Shown here: positions 1-8,980 of the stretch, in pieces
How the letters are laid out: every line of letters begins with the position of its first letter
Numbering within the stretch: position 1 is the first letter of the stretch
Position numbers and translations under genes: made by a program
From: Bdellovibrio sp.
Lineage (GTDB): Bacteria; Bdellovibrionota; Bdellovibrionia; Bdellovibrionales; Bdellovibrionaceae
NCBI GenBank assembly: GCA_046318155.1
Contig: JBKCUU010000055.1
Coordinates: 1 to 30,459 of the forward strand
DNA: 30,459 bases
Reading direction: 5' to 3'
Notes under the pieces: model-generated
What the model saw: the letters and a program-made list of their open reading frames with translations, nothing else
What the model was told of the DNA's origin: nothing
The model's database searches: none

Positions 1-2
1 CA

Positions 3-209
3 AGAAAAGTGATTTTACATCGAGACAAGCATTGCCAGTACGTCGATCAAAAATCAGGTCGCCAATGTCAGAGCACCTTCGGCCTCGAAGTGGATCATGA
101 GTAACCGCGCTTTGCGGGCGGGGATCACCAGCTGAATAATCGTCGAGCACTTTGCAAGAAGCACAACCTGCATCGGTACCGTCAACAGGCGCAGAGACGG
201 TTTTTCTAG
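3..209 (+). pseudogene. 3' end of an HNH endonuclease gene with an in-frame stop in the active-site region (gene begins before the window)
   Basis: Manual translation of frame +3: RKVILHRDKHCQYVDQKSGRQCQSTFGLEVDHE*PRFAGGDHQLNNRRALCKKHNLHRYRQQAQRRFF*. It has the HNH pattern RD..C...C....EVDH..P...GG.....N...LC..HN. Internal TAA at 102-104, terminal TAG at 207-209. Not in the ORF track. Confidence 0.75.
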
Positions 210-612
210 CTGGGTCGGAGTCTTGATCCAAGGAGACGGTCCGACAACGATGACCCTCCATGGAGCAGACCACTAAGGACCACAAGAGTCCGCTCTAACC
301 ATAGAAAACCAAGGAGTCTTATGATGAGCTCTCTACGTTTACGTCAGACCAAGTTAGTCAGGCCGGCGAGTTTATTGCCGATTGGTCAGGCGATGCTTTG
401 CGGGCTCCGCTGGAGGGAATGCGGGATCCTAGGTCTGCCGAGGCAAAACGCTACCTCCTCATGTCATAATGAACCAAAAAAAGTGACCTCCTTGAGTCAC
501 TGTCAAAATCTTAGACGCCCAAATCCCGTTCTTATTTTACAGGCTGATTTCAGGGGTGGCATCTTTTTCGTAAGGGCGGTCGGTAGGTGCCGAGCCATCG
601 AAAGGGATTTAT

Positions 613-1530
613 ATGCGCTTGAATTTCAATTCTCTGATCGCATTCTCGCTGCTTCTCGTTTCAACGTCCGCGTTCGCCCAAAGCGTGCAGACCGGGAACT
701 GGTACACGGCCGAAAAAGAATTTTCCCTGAAACCCTCGGATGCGATCGGTATCGATGGCCACGCCTTAAGCGAGCTGATTGGTCGCGACTACAAAGTCCT
801 CCGCGGAACTGATATCAACATTGTGAATATCGATGAACAAAACAAGAAAGTTGAAATCGCCTTCAATAACGAGGGACAAGATCCTTTGAATAAAGAAAAA
901 CTCCCCTTCTCGTTGACCGTTGATATGCGCGACTTGGATCCCGCGATCTTAAGTCAAATCCATTTCGATGAATCCGATGCGTTTCCAGATGACGACGAAG
1001 AGCAGCTCTCGGGAGTTGATGAAATCCTTGAAGTCGCGCGCAACGGACGCCGAGGTGCTCGGGTTGGGGTCCGAAATGGTGTCACTCGACCTCGCACTTC
1101 GGTGAGCCGCGCCAGCGGGAAAGCGGCTGGACGCGTGATCCGTGTTTTTGGCCGAGGTGGCATGACAATGTGCTTAGCTGAAGTGCGCGTCAACGCAAAA
1201 TCGATCTGCGGACAAACCATGCCGACAATCTCTCGCGCAGCCCTCGGTTACGAAGCCTACCAGGCGGCTGGATGGAGACGCGTTTCGTACAGCCCCGATA
1301 CAAACCCTGTTTGCACCGCTTGCTTTTGGGGCGGTGGACGAACAGATTGTGGTGGTCAAGCTTGCGGTCACGCCGCTTTAAAGATCCGCGATGGTGCTTG
1401 GATTGGCGCTGGCATCCGAACGCCTCCTGAACTTCCAGATCAGAGCGGTTGCACACGCAGCGTTCGCGGCAAAAAAGTCTGTCGTGTTCCCTACGTGAGA
1501 CACGGTTGCTTGGTCGCCCCCGGTCACTAA
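613..1530 (+). CDS. Secreted protein with a C-terminal Cys-rich, putative CHAP/NlpC-P60-like (Cys-His) amidase domain
   Basis: Sec signal peptide (MRLNFNSLIAFSLLLVSTSAFA) and AAGGGA RBS. The C-terminal part has MCLAEVR ... CFW ... CGHAAL, a Cys ... GH spacing like papain-fold peptidoglycan amidases. The CDS is well supported; the function is inferred. Confidence 0.6.
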   Translation: MRLNFNSLIAFSLLLVSTSAFAQSVQTGNWYTAEKEFSLKPSDAIGIDGHALSELIGRDYKVLRGTDINIVNIDEQNKKVEIAFNNEGQDPLNKEKLPFSLTVDMRDLDPAILSQIHFDESDAFPDDDEEQLSGVDEILEVARNGRRGARVGVRNGVTRPRTSVSRASGKAAGRVIRVFGRGGMTMCLAEVRVNAKSICGQTMPTISRAALGYEAYQAAGWRRVSYSPDTNPVCTACFWGGGRTDCGGQACGHAALKIRDGAWIGAGIRTPPELPDQSGCTRSVRGKKVCRVPYVRHGCLVAPGH

Positions 1531-1537
1531 ATCAGAA

Positions 1538-2029
1538 TTACATTGATTGCAAAAGGTCCAAAATCTCGGGGGCCTTTTTTAGATTGTGTTTCGCGGCGAA
1601 GATCATTTCGATCGCTTTCTTTTGTGTCAACTTACCTTCGCCCATCCGCTGACAAGCGAGGCCTTCAATTGGATCTGTGATTTTGTAAATGGACTCATGC
1701 TGAGGCCAGAGATTATCTGCCTGATTGCTGCCCCCGGCGCAAAGCGGGATCAGGTGGTCGATCTTAAACTGCGGGCGCTGCTTCTTTTCAATGCGAAAAC
1801 CCAGTTTGTCATTGTAGTCCTGGATGATCTGCATTTTTTCTGATGTTTCAACATCACGCTTACAATAAGGAATGTGCTCTTTGTAGCGATAGCTATCGGG
1901 AGTCGTACAATACGACCCGGGAGTCAAAGTGCGGTCGGGACCAATTGGAAAACGGCCGCCTTCTGCTTGTGCAAAAACTTGAACCGAAGAGACCAGGACG
2001 GCGAAGACCATCAAGACGTACGATTTCAT
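1538..2029 (-). CDS. Secreted HNH-like (His-Me finger) nuclease
   Basis: Likely start ATG 2029 after AGGGGA. Signal peptide MKSYVLMVFAVLVSSVQVFA; motif KIDHLIPLCAGGSNQADNLWPQ matches the HNH beta-beta-alpha core. Confidence 0.75.
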   Translation of the reverse strand: MKSYVLMVFAVLVSSVQVFAQAEGGRFPIGPDRTLTPGSYCTTPDSYRYKEHIPYCKRDVETSEKMQIIQDYNDKLGFRIEKKQRPQFKIDHLIPLCAGGSNQADNLWPQHESIYKITDPIEGLACQRMGEGKLTQKKAIEMIFAAKHNLKKAPEILDLLQSM

Positions 2030-2033
2030 AATT

Positions 2034-2102
2034 CCCCTATTAGTCACCCATTTACGGCAGGTGGTAGAAACGCCAGACCCTATTTCCGGCTTATAACTGG
2101 AG
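2034..2102 (-). promoter_or_regulatory. Purine-family riboswitch aptamer (guanine-type, C74), copy 1; probable translational OFF switch
   Basis: Minus strand reads CUCCAGUUA UAA GCCGGA AAUAGGG UCUGGC GUUUCUAC CACCUG CCGUAAA UGGGUG AC UAAUAGGGG. J1/2 UAA, J2/3 GUUUCUAC, L3 CCGUAAA, the L2 GG kissing partner and paired P1/P2/P3 are all present. C74 equivalent at 2043. The 3' strand of P1 contains the RBS of the 2029 start. Confidence 0.93.
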
Positions 2103-2216
2103 CACGCCTTGGTGATACGAAAGAGCTCCCCCCTCCGGCAACAAAAATAAAATTTGCCAGGGATGTCGAAGTTCGGGCCTTGCGCTTAAGAGGCTTTCGG
2201 CCTAGCGTTTGAGTCC

Positions 2217-4262
2217 ATGGTTAAGTTGCTGATTCCTCTTCTTTATTTCGTGTTTTCGCTCCCCCTTGCGGCGCTGGCGAAAGACAAAATCGAGGACCTC
2301 ACACGGCTCGATGTTTTGCAAGAATCTCAGTCCCTTCACCCCGGGCAGCTCACCCACATCGGATTTCAGGTCCATCTGCTCAAGAAGGGTTGGCACACCT
2401 ACTGGAAGAACCCCGGCGATGCCGGCGCTCCGCCTAAACTCAAAGTCAGTGCAAATCTTGCCGGGATTGAGGTCGGCGAAATTTTGTTTCCGACTCCGCT
2501 TCGCATCGAAACAAAGACACTCGTGTCATTTGCCTACAAAGATGAGGTTTTGTATTTAGCGCCCCTTCGGATCCCAAAGTCCGTTTCTCCAGGTCAACGT
2601 TTGAACATCACGGTTGATTTCGAATGGCTGATTTGCCTTGAAGTTTGCATCCCCGCGCATGAAAAGCATGAGCTTAGCTGGGAGATCAGGAGCGAAGCTC
2701 GCATCGTGCCCGGCCCAAATGCAGGCCTGTTAAAACATGCGATCTCGGCTCTTCCTGTTCGCCGCGGGGAGCAGGGCGAGCTGGATGAAAAATTGGTCGG
2801 ACGCTTTCAAGGACTGCCGGGCAAGGTTCAATTTGTCGATTTTTTTGCGGCCCCTGACTCCGCACTTCTTCTGAATAAACCCAAAGGTGTTATTCGCGGC
2901 CCCGAGGCCGAAATCCAATTCGTCAAAGCTGAGTTTGCCGAGGGCGCGCCCAAAGCTCGCGGCCTTCTGGTGGTCGAAAATACTCAAAAGCAACGATCAA
3001 GTTTTGAATGGTCACCTGAACCACGTTGGTTCGAAGCCAGCGTTCTCAAGGCAAAGCCTGGATTTCAAATTTGGATGCTGATCCTCGCCTTTGCCGGCGG
3101 TTTAATCCTGAACCTCATGCCTTGTGTGCTTCCAGTCCTTTCACTGAAGCTGCTTTCACTCAGCAAACAGACCAACTTAAACCGCTCGCAAATTCGCTTC
3201 GATAACTTGAGTTATACGGCAGGCGTCGTCCTGAGCTTTGTCTTGATGGGCCTCACCTTGCTCGTGCTCCGCGAAACGGGAGAAAAACTGGGCTGGGGCT
3301 TCCAACTCCAGTCGCCGTTGTTCTTAGCTCTCATGGCCGTTCTCTTTTTTGTGATCGCACTTAATCTCATCGGTGTTTACGAATTTGATCTCGTCAATCC
3401 CAATTGGGGTTCAAGACATCTCAAGCACCCCGCGCTGTCGTCGTTCTTTACAGGCGTGCTCGCCGTCATCGTGGCGTCGCCTTGCACCGCTCCTTTTATG
3501 GGCGCGGCCCTCGGGTACGCCCTCTCGCAACCAGGACCCGTGTTCATTTTAGTTTTTGTCTGTCTCGGTCTTGGGCTCTCGTTTCCGTATTTGTTGTTTG
3601 CTCTTCAGCCCGGCTTTGTTCGGTTTTTGCCCAAGCCGGGAGCCTGGATGAAAACCTTGAAAGAACTCATGGCGTTTCCGATGCTGCTGACGGCACTATG
3701 GGTCTTGTGGGTCCTGGCTCAGGTGGGCGACTCCTTCGCCGTCACGCTCACGCTTGCGTTGATGGTCGGACTGGCCTTTTGCTTTTGGCTCCCCTCCCGG
3801 CGTCTGGCCTGGATCCTGGCGGCTTTGCAAGTTTTGAGCTTTATCGCTTTTTTTGATTTCTCAAAACTAGGGACCCAATCGGCAGCACGTGATGCCGCGG
3901 ACAAAAGCCGTCTTTGGCAAACTTTCGATTCCCGTCAACTTGAAGCCGAACGCTCGCAAATTTATTTTGTGAACTTTACGGCGGACTGGTGCCTCACGTG
4001 CAAAATCAACGAACGCACCATTTTTCAAGCGACAAGCCTACAAGAATTTTTTCGCGATCAGAATGTGGCTTTGATGCAAGCCGATTGGACTCAGCGAAAT
4101 CCCGAAATTAGTGATTTCTTGGCCCGCTATGATCGCATCGGTGTCCCACTCTACCTTGTTTTCCCCAAAGGTAAGGGTGCACCGATCATCTTGCCTGAAC
4201 TCATCACCGAAAATTTAGTTCGAGACGCAATCAAATCCATTCAACAAGGAGAAACCCGATGA
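2217..4262 (+). CDS. dsbD: Thiol:disulfide interchange protein DsbD (ScsB-like subfamily)
   Basis: N-terminal GWHTYWKNPGDAG and CLEVC; membrane domain with LNLMPCVLP and ASPCTAPF; C-terminal thioredoxin domain ADWCLTC. Confidence 0.92.
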   Translation: MVKLLIPLLYFVFSLPLAALAKDKIEDLTRLDVLQESQSLHPGQLTHIGFQVHLLKKGWHTYWKNPGDAGAPPKLKVSANLAGIEVGEILFPTPLRIETKTLVSFAYKDEVLYLAPLRIPKSVSPGQRLNITVDFEWLICLEVCIPAHEKHELSWEIRSEARIVPGPNAGLLKHAISALPVRRGEQGELDEKLVGRFQGLPGKVQFVDFFAAPDSALLLNKPKGVIRGPEAEIQFVKAEFAEGAPKARGLLVVENTQKQRSSFEWSPEPRWFEASVLKAKPGFQIWMLILAFAGGLILNLMPCVLPVLSLKLLSLSKQTNLNRSQIRFDNLSYTAGVVLSFVLMGLTLLVLRETGEKLGWGFQLQSPLFLALMAVLFFVIALNLIGVYEFDLVNPNWGSRHLKHPALSSFFTGVLAVIVASPCTAPFMGAALGYALSQPGPVFILVFVCLGLGLSFPYLLFALQPGFVRFLPKPGAWMKTLKELMAFPMLLTALWVLWVLAQVGDSFAVTLTLALMVGLAFCFWLPSRRLAWILAALQVLSFIAFFDFSKLGTQSAARDAADKSRLWQTFDSRQLEAERSQIYFVNFTADWCLTCKINERTIFQATSLQEFFRDQNVALMQADWTQRNPEISDFLARYDRIGVPLYLVFPKGKGAPIILPELITENLVRDAIKSIQQGETR

Positions 4263-4870
4263 AACGTATCGCAATCTTAATGAGCCTCTTCATGATAACA
4301 GGCTTAGCGACTCCCAGCTTTGCCGCGACGGCCGAAATTGGAAAAGCCGCCCCTGGCTTTAAACTCACCGGCGCCGATGGTAAAGAACACTCGCTCTCAC
4401 AGTACAAGGGCAAAACAGTTGTCCTCGAATGGTTCAACAACGAGTGCCCCTACGTAAAGAAGCATTACGACGTCGGCAACATGCAAAAGCTGCAAACCGA
4501 AGCGGCCGCAAAAGGCACCGTTTGGCTAACGATCAATTCTTCGGCTCCAGGCAAGCAAGGCCACCTCACGACAGACGCTGCGGCCAAACTTCGCACCGAA
4601 CGCAAAATGGCAAACACCAGTCTCTTGCTTGACCCTAAGGGCACTGTCGGCAGTCTGTACGGGGCTAAAACAACGCCGCACATGTACGTTATTGATCCCA
4701 AAGGGGTTTTGGCTTATGCCGGCGCCATTGACAGCGATTCTTCGGCAGATCCTAAAACCATCGCGGGCGCAAACAACTATGTGAGTGAGGCATTGGCCGC
4801 TGTAGCGGAAGGTAAAGCCGTCAAAACGACGACGACAAAACCCTACGGCTGCTCTGTCAAATATGAATAA
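4259..4870 (+). CDS. Exported redoxin / AhpC-TSA (PrxL-like) thioredoxin-fold protein
   Basis: Signal peptide, APGFKL...VVLEWFNNECPYV...KTTPHMYV...YAGAID...PYGCSVKY. ATGA overlap with dsbD suggests translational coupling. Confidence 0.88.
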   Translation: MKRIAILMSLFMITGLATPSFAATAEIGKAAPGFKLTGADGKEHSLSQYKGKTVVLEWFNNECPYVKKHYDVGNMQKLQTEAAAKGTVWLTINSSAPGKQGHLTTDAAAKLRTERKMANTSLLLDPKGTVGSLYGAKTTPHMYVIDPKGVLAYAGAIDSDSSADPKTIAGANNYVSEALAAVAEGKAVKTTTTKPYGCSVKYE

Positions 4871-4889
4871 TCAGATCTGATTAAAAGTT

Positions 4890-5576
4890 TCATCCGAAGA
4901 CATCAGTCAGGACCGCTTTAATTTTAGACCATGAGGTGATTTCGGCGCTCTTATCCGAGCGTCCGAAGTCTTCAATCTGAGAGTCCATCGCTCCGTAGCG
5001 CATCGAAACAACATTCACACTCGAAATTGACTCATGAGACTTTAAAACACGGTCAACGTGTTTTTCTCAACGACGGATTTCACTGCGAAGCAAACCTGCT
5101 TGCTTTGCATCCCGCGAGAGACGATCGGTCGGTGCGTAATATCGAAAGTCCGTCGTGAGCGGCTTTGAACTTCCAATCGTCAAAGTGGACTCGGCTTTGA
5201 CTAGCAAGGCCAGCGCATCCCACTCAAAATTACCTTGATGCTTTTGTTGATCTTCCTCGCCCATGTTCTTAACATTACTCGCGTATTCAACGTACTGGCG
5301 AAGCTCGACCGACCAAGCTTTATTCACATTGTAGACCAACCCAATGGCGTTCAATGAGGTGAGCGGGGCCTCGTATTTGAGCTGCTGTTAGTCTTGAATC
5401 AACATCAAATTTTCAGAATGAAGGTTTACTTTCCAACGTTTGGGGGAGGCTCCGACCAGATCCATCGTGTCTCGCATTTGCGCGGCACCGGCAGGATTTG
5501 AATCTTGGGCGACCTGAGCGAAGGCGAGAGTTGAGCAAGACATGATCAACGCAAGACTGACGGCAAACACTTTCAA
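4890..5576 (-). pseudogene. Broken gene: signal-peptide protein (outer-membrane beta-barrel-like) with internal stops, probably joined to the 3' remnant of another gene
   Basis: AAGGAG RBS and TTG at 5576. One frame runs 5576->4890 with stops at 5388-5390 (TAA, ...IQD*QQLKY...) and 5067-5069 (TGA), then EKHVDRVLKSH...KAVLTDVFG* ending at TGA 4890-4892. Confidence 0.65.
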
Positions 5577-5720
5577 ACAGAAGCTCCTTGAGAGCGGCGA
5601 TCTTTTCGCTCTGAAAAGCCTAAGTCAACCAAATTGCCGGCTTTGCAAAATTTTAAGAGTTCTGCTGGTTCAAATAGCCTATCATATCTGAATAACGGCC
5701 TCATCACTTTAGGATTACTT

Positions 5721-6215
5721 ATGCGGATTTTCATCCTCTTGTTTCTGGGATTAGCAGCCTGCTCGTCAATGCCGCTGGTGCCACTCCCAATCTCGTCGGA
5801 GAATCAAAGTTTTTTGAGCTCCTTTGACAAAATCAATGCTCAGGCCTTTAAAGACCTGAGCCGCGGGCAAGACCTCGAACAGGTTTCGATTTCATCCTAC
5901 ATGTTTGTCGTCGGTCGCTACAAATCCAAGCTGGCCAATCAGTTTCAAATTGCTTTCGAAGATTTTGAATACAAAGACCTGACTCCCTATCCCGGGACCT
6001 TTGTCGTTTGCGCCTATTCAACCCGCCGTAATCTGGTGATGTGTGACAACGTGGCCTGCGAGGGGATCGAAAATGCCGCAACCATCGTGGGGACCCGAGA
6101 TGAACCCTCAGTCGGCGCCCAATCTTTGGCTCAGATCAGCAGCTGGCGCGGCTCCTTTAAACCCAAACCTTGCAGTCCAAGCCGCAGCCGTTCGAGCACA
6201 AGCCCCGGGACCTGA
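5721..6215 (+). CDS. Hypothetical lipoprotein
   Basis: ATG 5721 gives MRIFILLFLGLAAC (lipobox); further Cys residues downstream. Confidence 0.7.
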   Translation: MRIFILLFLGLAACSSMPLVPLPISSENQSFLSSFDKINAQAFKDLSRGQDLEQVSISSYMFVVGRYKSKLANQFQIAFEDFEYKDLTPYPGTFVVCAYSTRRNLVMCDNVACEGIENAATIVGTRDEPSVGAQSLAQISSWRGSFKPKPCSPSRSRSSTSPGT

Positions 6216-6297
6216 CGAACTTCTGATCACCCTTGCATTGATTTCTGAAGGACCAATCGCGGCGGGCTGACTTTTTAGGATTGTGTTAAAAAGTCCT

Positions 6298-7116
6298 ATG
6301 CTTAAACACCTTCTGTTTTCTTTTTTGGCCCTAGCCTTCCTCGCTTCGTGCGCGAAGAGCGAAAAGAGTGAGGGGGCTGAAGCCCGCACGTCTCAGGCCA
6401 TCTCGCATATGGAACGCGGTGAGTACGATCTAGCCATCGAGATCTTGTCAGAGCTTCGAGTTGCCCACCCCGAAGATTCAAACCTATCATTGCATTTAGC
6501 TTCAGCTTTTGCCGGCCGAGCCGGACTCAAAGTCGAAAATTACTGGGGCTTTGTTGTTGGCTACAAAGGCGTTTTCAAAAAAAATACCGAAGGGCTGACC
6601 CCGCAGAGCTTGCCGCAAATTGATCTCAAAGGCTTTGAAAGTCAGGCTGGCCCCGAAGTCCGCGGGGCCGTCAAAAATTTTAATCAGAATCTCAAAGAGT
6701 TTTTCAAAATCAAACAAAGACTCGATCAAGTCCCCTACCTTAATGCTCAGAAGCGAAAAGATCTCTACCGGGGCCTGGACGTCATCAAAGAACATCCAAC
6801 GCCGGGGGGACGCCTGTACCGCGCTGTTCTCGGCGTGGTCATCGCACGCTCGACCATCATCGACACCTCACGCTCCTTGGAGGTTTGGTCAAAAAGTGGC
6901 CGCCGCCTCTGCGGCCCTGAGTTTCGCTTGCTCGCGGACTGGGTGGGCTTTTCAGTTCAAATCTTAGCAGAACTCGCGGGCGATCTTGCCCATGCATTTC
7001 CCAAAGATAAAACCCAGCTTTTGAAGGCCGAAGTCGAACTCAGCAGGGCGGCGAAAGTCACTCGTGAACTCATGGGCCAAACACGGCAAGGAGCTGCCCT
7101 GTGCGCGCGGCCCTAA
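6298..7116 (+). CDS. TPR-like helical lipoprotein
   Basis: Lipobox FLASC; TPR-like segment AISHMERGEYDLAIEILSEL...LHLASAFAGRAG. Confidence 0.72.
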   Translation: MLKHLLFSFLALAFLASCAKSEKSEGAEARTSQAISHMERGEYDLAIEILSELRVAHPEDSNLSLHLASAFAGRAGLKVENYWGFVVGYKGVFKKNTEGLTPQSLPQIDLKGFESQAGPEVRGAVKNFNQNLKEFFKIKQRLDQVPYLNAQKRKDLYRGLDVIKEHPTPGGRLYRAVLGVVIARSTIIDTSRSLEVWSKSGRRLCGPEFRLLADWVGFSVQILAELAGDLAHAFPKDKTQLLKAEVELSRAAKVTRELMGQTRQGAALCARP

Positions 7117-8147
7117 TTCTGACTTCAGTTCTCATGAGCACTCACCTTTCTGCGCTCGGGTTTGAGGCTCCCCGGGCAATGGCGACGGGCGGCTCCAGCT
7201 TTCTAATGCAGAACTTAGGCCTCATGTGTTTTGGTTTTGATCTGGCGGCCGACACGCTCCCTTGCAACCCCTCGTTTATCGCGATGAAGCGCGAAGGACG
7301 ACTCAAAGCCAGCATTTTTCTAGGCAACAATGTCAGCTACACCCAAGAAGCCTCAGATTTGCTCAATGAGCGCGCCAGCGAAGAGACCATCCGCCATTTA
7401 TTTTCAGAGCAAGACCGCTCTGAATTTGAAACAAATCTCGAGGCCGGCTACTGGGGCCAAACCTGGGGGGCGGCAATCTCTCCCGTGCGACTCAATTACA
7501 TGACAACCTTTCGCAACCCCGCTCTACCTGAGATCACTTTATTTGCGAGCCAAGAAGAATCCGCACGCCTGCAGTTTGGGACCTATCTTGGTAACGACCT
7601 TTTTACTGGCGTTCAGCTGCGCGCCGTTCACCGTAAATTTATCTCCAAACAATTTTTTTTGACAGATGCTCTCGCCAACGATGGTGATCGCTTCTTTGAG
7701 ACCGACAACCAGAGCATTCTTTATATCGAACCTGGTTTGCTCTACGCTCCCGAAAATCACAAATGGAACCCGCTGCTCTTTTTTAACATCGTGAACTTTG
7801 GCCTTGTCGACAAAACTCAAGATGCTTTTCCGATGCGCCCACAATACCACATCGGATCCTCGGTCGCGCTTGATGTTGGATTGGGGCGATGGGGCGTTGG
7901 GATCGACCTGGCTTGGGACAACAATGTGACCAGCGCCCTCGAGCCCCTAACGGCCGCGAGCTTTTACGAATTCGGAATTCTAAGACTCTTGGGACACATC
8001 AGTGAGCGGTCAAACAGCGTGGGCTTTCAGGTCTCATCGGTGTTTTTTAATATCGGCTTAGCTTCGCAAGCCAAAACCGTCGATGATGGCTGGGACAACA
8101 AGATCACGGACCGACGCCTGTACTTGCTCTTGGGGGCCGAAATATGA
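7101..8147 (+). CDS. Outer-membrane beta-barrel protein (FadL/PorV/TraF_2-like)
   Basis: Signal peptide; N-terminal PRAMATGG ... NPSFIA plug-like motif; amphipathic beta strands; C-terminal strand RLYLLLGAEI. The family assignment is an inference. Confidence 0.6.
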   Translation: MRAALILTSVLMSTHLSALGFEAPRAMATGGSSFLMQNLGLMCFGFDLAADTLPCNPSFIAMKREGRLKASIFLGNNVSYTQEASDLLNERASEETIRHLFSEQDRSEFETNLEAGYWGQTWGAAISPVRLNYMTTFRNPALPEITLFASQEESARLQFGTYLGNDLFTGVQLRAVHRKFISKQFFLTDALANDGDRFFETDNQSILYIEPGLLYAPENHKWNPLLFFNIVNFGLVDKTQDAFPMRPQYHIGSSVALDVGLGRWGVGIDLAWDNNVTSALEPLTAASFYEFGILRLLGHISERSNSVGFQVSSVFFNIGLASQAKTVDDGWDNKITDRRLYLLLGAEI

Positions 8148-8695
8148 AGTTCATCTTGATCGTTTTCTTGTCGCTGTCTGGCCTTCAAGCCTTGGCGAAG
8201 CCTCGAAAAAGCCTTCAAGCCTCGGATTGGGACTCGTTTCAATCGGCCATCCTGGAGAGCGAACTTGAAGATCGCAAAATCGGTTGGAGCTACATCGCTT
8301 CGGGCGTGCTGGTCACCTTGGGCGGCATCGTGGGAGCAAGCTCAAGTGGCGACTCTTCAAGCAAGCTTATTTATGGGTTGTCACAAGGTTTTGGTGTGGC
8401 GGCGACTGGTTACGGAACGGCCCGTCTGTCGATCGGCAATGACTACAATTCTTTTTACGATTCTATCGAAGGCTCGTCGTTGTCAAAAGATCAGAAAAAT
8501 TCCTTGGTCCGAATCTTTATCGAGAGCGAACGTGAAAAACGCGAAGCGATTCGCAAAATTAGCATTGCGACTCACTCAGCGATTGGAGTCTTAAATCTTT
8601 ACTCGGCATCGCGAGAACAAGACAAAGATGCAAAAACCGCTTTGCAATTTTTGGCTGTTGTGAACTTTGCCTTTGCCATCGGGTACGCATTCTAA
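8144..8695 (+). CDS. Exported protein with Gly/Ala-rich hydrophobic helices
   Basis: Signal peptide, ATGA overlap with the upstream gene, hydrophobic segments, ends in F. Confidence 0.7.
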   Translation: MKFILIVFLSLSGLQALAKPRKSLQASDWDSFQSAILESELEDRKIGWSYIASGVLVTLGGIVGASSSGDSSSKLIYGLSQGFGVAATGYGTARLSIGNDYNSFYDSIEGSSLSKDQKNSLVRIFIESEREKREAIRKISIATHSAIGVLNLYSASREQDKDAKTALQFLAVVNFAFAIGYAF

Positions 8696-8710
8696 ATTCA
8701 AACAAGGCTG

Positions 8711-8980
8711 TTAATACGATTGCTTACCTGTGTTCAAAGCTGGTCGCCGAGTTTTTGCAGCTTCTTGGACTTCGATGAGAACGCTCGTAATCTGATCTTG
8801 CACACCCAAGATTTCGGCAATTTTAGAGAGCCAGTAAACAGGCACTTTTGAAGGAGACTTGAGCAACTCATCAATCACAATGTCGGGAACCAAATGCCCG
8901 AGCAACAGGGGTCTGAGGTCCCGGTTCACCGGACTGGCTTGCAAAATTTGGCTGATTTTTTCGTCAAGGTGTCCAGACAT
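8711..8980 (-). CDS. Small hypothetical protein, possibly a degenerate XRE-type HTH
   Basis: ATG 8980 (MSGHLDEK...). The segment IDELLKSPSKVPVYWLSKIAEILGV resembles the C-terminal half of XRE domains. Confidence 0.45.
   Translation of the reverse strand: MSGHLDEKISQILQASPVNRDLRPLLLGHLVPDIVIDELLKSPSKVPVYWLSKIAEILGVQDQITSVLIEVQEAAKTRRPALNTGKQSY

Noticed and set aside
321..812. 163-aa ORF overlapping the start of the 613 gene
   Set aside because: It has an AAGGAG upstream, but it overlaps a better signal-peptide gene by 200 nt and has no recognisable motif; probably spurious or a remnant.
102..5390. In-frame TAA/TGA inside protein-like frames as a sign of stop-codon reassignment
   Set aside because: Intact conserved genes here end normally in TAA, TGA and TAG and have no internal stops, so these are pseudogene lesions or errors.
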